Origin: a bacterium
GTDB lineage: Bacteria > UBP7 > UBA6624 > JBBIMK01
Reading direction: 5' to 3'
Assembly: GCA_037444445.1 (NCBI GenBank)
Contig: JBBIMK010000048.1
Location: 1 to 8,710, forward strand
Length of the DNA stretch: 8,710 bases
Below the pieces are notes generated by a model. It was not told the origin of the DNA and made no database searches. It saw only the letters and a list, made by a program, of their open reading frames with translations. How positions within the stretch are numbered: the stretch's first letter is position 1; each line of letters opens with the position of its first letter. This document shows positions 6,281-8,710 of the stretch, in pieces. A program made the translations under genes and the position numbers.

Positions 6281-7296
6281 GGCTGATTTGAAAAATAAGG
6301 ATGGTGCCTTGCCACGACCAGAAGCCTGCGGGTCAATTCGGCTGAAATGCCCAGATTATAAGTCATCACATGTTCTACATTCAGCCCAATGGGGATGGAA
6401 ATACCTGTGGAATAGACCCAGTCCAGGATGCCCCGCAAAAGAGTTTCCGCATATTGAATAGAGCGTTCCTCAGTCAGAGCAGGGTTCTCCAGCAGGTAGT
6501 CAGCCGTGCCATCGGAAATTTCCACTCCAAGCCAGCGCATAAATTGAAGGTCCTTTTCCCTGGTTAAGGGAGCGAAACTGAGGAAAATTCGCCGGGGTGA
6601 GACCTTCTTCTGCTGACAGAGGCGGGAAAAATCCATCAGCAATCGGCACACAGAGGAGGGCTCAAACAGGATTTGGGAAGTAAAAAAGGACACCCCACCT
6701 TTCATCTTGCTGAGCAGGCGATACGGCTCGTCCCGGGCTGGGTCAGTGTGCCGGCGAGTGGGAATGGTGATTCCTCCTGTGATATGAGGGATATGGAAAT
6801 GTCTTAAAAGACGAGCACTCTCGGAAACTGAGGGCCCCGGATAGCGAATCCGGCTGGATTCTCCCCCCACGAATAGAAAAGAGTAAATGCTGAATTCCCG
6901 ATGAGTTCGCCAGAGCCACTTTTCCAAAGTCGGTCTGGGGGAACGGACAACCACCCGGTTCACGATGGTGTCAGGAGGAAGGCAATGGATTTTTCGGTAT
7001 GCTCTTCTTAAAACCCTCGCGTAAGTTCGGGGAGGAATTTTCGGTGTATACCGGGTAACCCGTGGCTCGTTTCGGGCTTCATTGAGAACCTCTGGTATGT
7101 TGAGAGCATTCAGCGGAAGGCGGTGAAGGGTGTTCGCCGCACTTCGGGCATGCTGATAGACTTTCTCCAATGTAAAGTGAAGAGGGGGTGGAATGATAGT
7201 AAAAATGGTGGCAACATTATCAGGCTTCTGAACAGCCTCACAAAATCTCTTAAAGGCTAATTCAGCCTCTTTCATCACCCGGATTTCTTTGACCAT
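6277..7296 (-). CDS. Divergent methylenetetrahydrofolate reductase (MTHFR/MetF)-like protein, 339 aa (or 332 aa if the start is ATG 7275)
   Basis: By-eye matches to MetF are FTIIPPP (cf. FEFFPP), LFVGGES (cf. ALRGD), GGVSFFTSQILFE (cf. GANRAITQFFFD), IFLSFAPLT (cf. IIPGILPV) and a C-terminal TYN (cf. FYTLN). It heads a translationally coupled operon with the two MetE-like genes. Confidence 0.6.
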   Translation of the reverse strand: MVKEIRVMKEAELAFKRFCEAVQKPDNVATIFTIIPPPLHFTLEKVYQHARSAANTLHRLPLNALNIPEVLNEARNEPRVTRYTPKIPPRTYARVLRRAYRKIHCLPPDTIVNRVVVRSPRPTLEKWLWRTHREFSIYSFLFVGGESSRIRYPGPSVSESARLLRHFHIPHITGGITIPTRRHTDPARDEPYRLLSKMKGGVSFFTSQILFEPSSVCRLLMDFSRLCQQKKVSPRRIFLSFAPLTREKDLQFMRWLGVEISDGTADYLLENPALTEERSIQYAETLLRGILDWVYSTGISIPIGLNVEHVMTYNLGISAELTRRLLVVARHHPYFSNQP

Positions 7297-7299
7297 CGT

Positions 7300-7330
7300 A
7301 TTATACGATAGCAGGATTTACCGGGTAAAT
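7300..7330 (-). promoter_or_regulatory. Promoter of the methionine operon with an overlapping 7-1-7 palindrome (operator candidate)
   Basis: The minus strand reads TTTACC-N18-TATAAT (a perfect -10 at 7300..7305). The palindrome ATTTACC-g-GGTAAAT (7316..7330) covers the -35 and part of the spacer. The -10 ends only 3 nt from ATG 7296. Confidence 0.4.
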
Positions 7331-7404
7331 CAACCGATGATGGTGGATTCTAACTACAGATGAAGTCCCGATGATTTCGGAGCAGTCTACCAATCCGCGG
7401 TGAT

Positions 7405-8502
7405 TTAGTAGAAGAAGTGGAGAACGGTCATGCCCTCCCACTTCTCCCCGGAGGGGGAATCCGTGTTGTTTCGCACCATCAGGAGGACCTCCGTGAAAGA
7501 AATTGGGAAGATGGCTGTGCCGAAACTCCAGCGGTGGCGGTCGGGTGTTGTGTTCAGCTCCGGTTCAAACCGGTCATACTGCAAAATCCAGTGCCAGCCC
7601 AGTTTCTGTAAATACCGCCATTCGGTGTGAGAAACGATGTCGTCATGGTTGGTTTGAACCCACTCGGAGATGAGTGAGACTTTGCCGGAATGGAGTCCAG
7701 CGAAACCCGCAAGCCAATTCCCCTTTTGCTGGCTTCCCGTGTTTTTGAAATAGGAAGCGCCCGCCATCCATTTTGGCTGAAAATGGGTGTAAGAGGCGGT
7801 GACCGCTTTCCCAATATTCTGGTCAAACTGCCCCGTCCCACCGTTGGTGACGCTGAGGCTGAATAAATGGTTCCGTGCCCCATAGCCTGCCTCCAGCCCC
7901 GTGTCCCGATAAAACTGCGTGAAAGGTGTGAATGGAGTGGGAGGAGCGTCCGAACCGCTCTCCACATAGCCCCGGGTGTAAGAGTTGTGGTCATCCCACC
8001 GAACACCAAAATTGGGCACAAATCGCCCCATTTTCACATAGGTGCCTTCCCCGAAAAGGTCCCGGATAATCGCCAGAGAATCAAAATTCCCAAACTGCCC
8101 TCGTGAGAACAGAAAGTCCATCTTCAAGGATTTTCCTTCCAGGTGGAAATTGGCATAGAGATTCCCCTGCATATCAAAGAAGGTATTCTTCACACCCTGA
8201 TAGCGTTTGGATTCGGCTACATAATACAGTAAGCGATGGTCTACGCCGAAGGAGATGTTCTCGTTGAGGTCAGGGGAGGCTTCTTCAAAAATTTTCTTCA
8301 AAGGCAGTTTGGATTGAGCGAACTCAAAACCGCGACCGGTTCGCATACCGCCACCTGTGGGATTGATATGACAGCCGGCACAGGACACGCCTCGCACCGA
8401 CGAAAATACAGGCAGGGCGGGGCTTTCTTTCGTCCACATCAGAAGGAGAGCCACCACCAGGCTCCCCACCCAAACTGCCTTTCTTCCCCTCAGAAATCTC
8501 AT
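7405..8502 (-). CDS. Outer-membrane beta-barrel protein with an N-terminal single CXXCH haem-binding motif (Cyc2-like fused cytochrome-porin candidate), 365 aa
   Basis: The signal peptide is MRFLRGRKAVWVGSLVVALLLMWTKESPA. CAGCH (nt 8368..8382) lies about 10 residues into the mature protein and is followed by INPTGGG. The remainder is rich in alternating aromatic/G/N/S/T strands (GLEAGYGARNHLFSLSVTNGG, AVTASYTHF, AGASYFKN, WHWILQYDRF) and ends in ...MTVLHFFY, a typical OMP C-terminal aromatic signature. The start at ATG 8502 is supported by an AAGGGGGGGG SD and the promoter at 8534..8542. Confidence 0.7.
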   Translation of the reverse strand: MRFLRGRKAVWVGSLVVALLLMWTKESPALPVFSSVRGVSCAGCHINPTGGGMRTGRGFEFAQSKLPLKKIFEEASPDLNENISFGVDHRLLYYVAESKRYQGVKNTFFDMQGNLYANFHLEGKSLKMDFLFSRGQFGNFDSLAIIRDLFGEGTYVKMGRFVPNFGVRWDDHNSYTRGYVESGSDAPPTPFTPFTQFYRDTGLEAGYGARNHLFSLSVTNGGTGQFDQNIGKAVTASYTHFQPKWMAGASYFKNTGSQQKGNWLAGFAGLHSGKVSLISEWVQTNHDDIVSHTEWRYLQKLGWHWILQYDRFEPELNTTPDRHRWSFGTAIFPISFTEVLLMVRNNTDSPSGEKWEGMTVLHFFY

Positions 8503-8533
8503 TTTTGAGCCCCCCCTTCTTTTTTCGCTTACA

Positions 8534-8542
8534 ATTATATCA
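8534..8542 (-). promoter_or_regulatory. Extended -10 promoter (TGATATAAT) of the cytochrome-porin gene
   Basis: The minus strand reads TGATATAAT, a perfect TGnTATAAT, 31 nt upstream of ATG 8502. It lies downstream of the ORF-track start at 8556, which argues against that longer ORF. Confidence 0.45.
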
Positions 8543-8669
8543 TCTTCAAACCTCAATCCCTTTTTAATCTGTTTTGCAAGGTCTTAAAAGGAAGAAGAAA
8601 ACCTGTCATCAAACGGGACGGCGTCCCGCCAGCATGCCGTGCGGAGCAAAGTAATGTCATTCTGAGCGA

Positions 8670-8705
8670 AGCGGAAGTCCCGATAAAAGCCATCGGGTTC
8701 CCGCT
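8670..8705. other. Nested imperfect hairpin at the window edge (intergenic structured element or repeat-like sequence)
   Basis: AGCGGAA (8670-8676) pairs with TTCC(C)GCT (8698-8705). An inner CCCGAT (8679-8684) pairs with ATCGGG (8692-8697) across a 7-nt loop. A second small hairpin, GGGAC-ggc-GTCCC, is at 8614-8626. Confidence 0.3.
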
Positions 8706-8710
8706 GCTTT

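Noticed and set aside
7362-7372. 11-mer GAAGTCCCGAT shared with 8675..8685
   Set aside because: By a rough expectation (pairs / 4^11), several identical 11-mers are expected by chance in 8.7 kb. The flanks do not align.
7297-7404. Possible SAM riboswitch or T-box leader upstream of the methionine operon
   Set aside because: The -10 box lies only 3 nt from the ATG, so most of the gap would not be transcribed with the operon. I recognised no conserved SAM-I core or T-box specifier/antiterminator sequence.
8503-8556. 18-codon N-terminal extension of the porin ORF (MRFEDDIIVSEKRRGGSK)
   Set aside because: It starts upstream of the extended -10 promoter (8534..8542) and contains the SD (AAGGGGGGGG) for ATG 8502. 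The signal peptide begins at the second Met.

Overview
This 8.7-kb segment looks chromosomal and comes from a bacterium with an outer membrane. Hand-counted 100-nt samples give about 50-60% GC. Shine-Dalgarno sites are strong, and perfect TATAAT boxes sit in three intergenic gaps. I support nine protein-coding genes (eight on the minus strand) plus one gene fragment. I see no rRNA, tRNA, CRISPR array, transposase or integrase.

Reading the minus strand from right to left: (1) A secreted beta-barrel outer-membrane protein carries one N-terminal CXXCH haem motif and is a Cyc2-like fused cytochrome-porin candidate. (2) A three-gene methionine module is joined by ATGA and TTGA overlaps. It encodes a divergent MTHFR-like protein, a protein like the MetE N-terminal barrel, and the MetE zinc catalytic barrel as separate polypeptides, i.e. 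a split cobalamin-independent methionine synthase. (3) On the plus strand, a Tat-signal metallophosphoesterase (YkuE/YaeI-like) converges on the metE-like gene and overlaps its 3' end by 9 nt. (4) An MFS transporter. (5) thiE.

The most unusual part is the left 1.5 kb. The last ~190 bp of thiE occur twice as a direct repeat (61..252 and 1270..1461; 177 bp identical; period 1209 bp). The repeats bracket a ~1-kb AT-richer insert (about 39-43% GC by hand count) that has its own extended -10 promoter signal. The insert carries a minimal nucleotidyltransferase-fold gene and an overlapping small basic ORF with a strong internal SD. I read this as a candidate toxin-antitoxin or defence-type cassette that entered the thiE 3' end by a single-crossover (Campbell-type) event. 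No recombinase is visible in the window.
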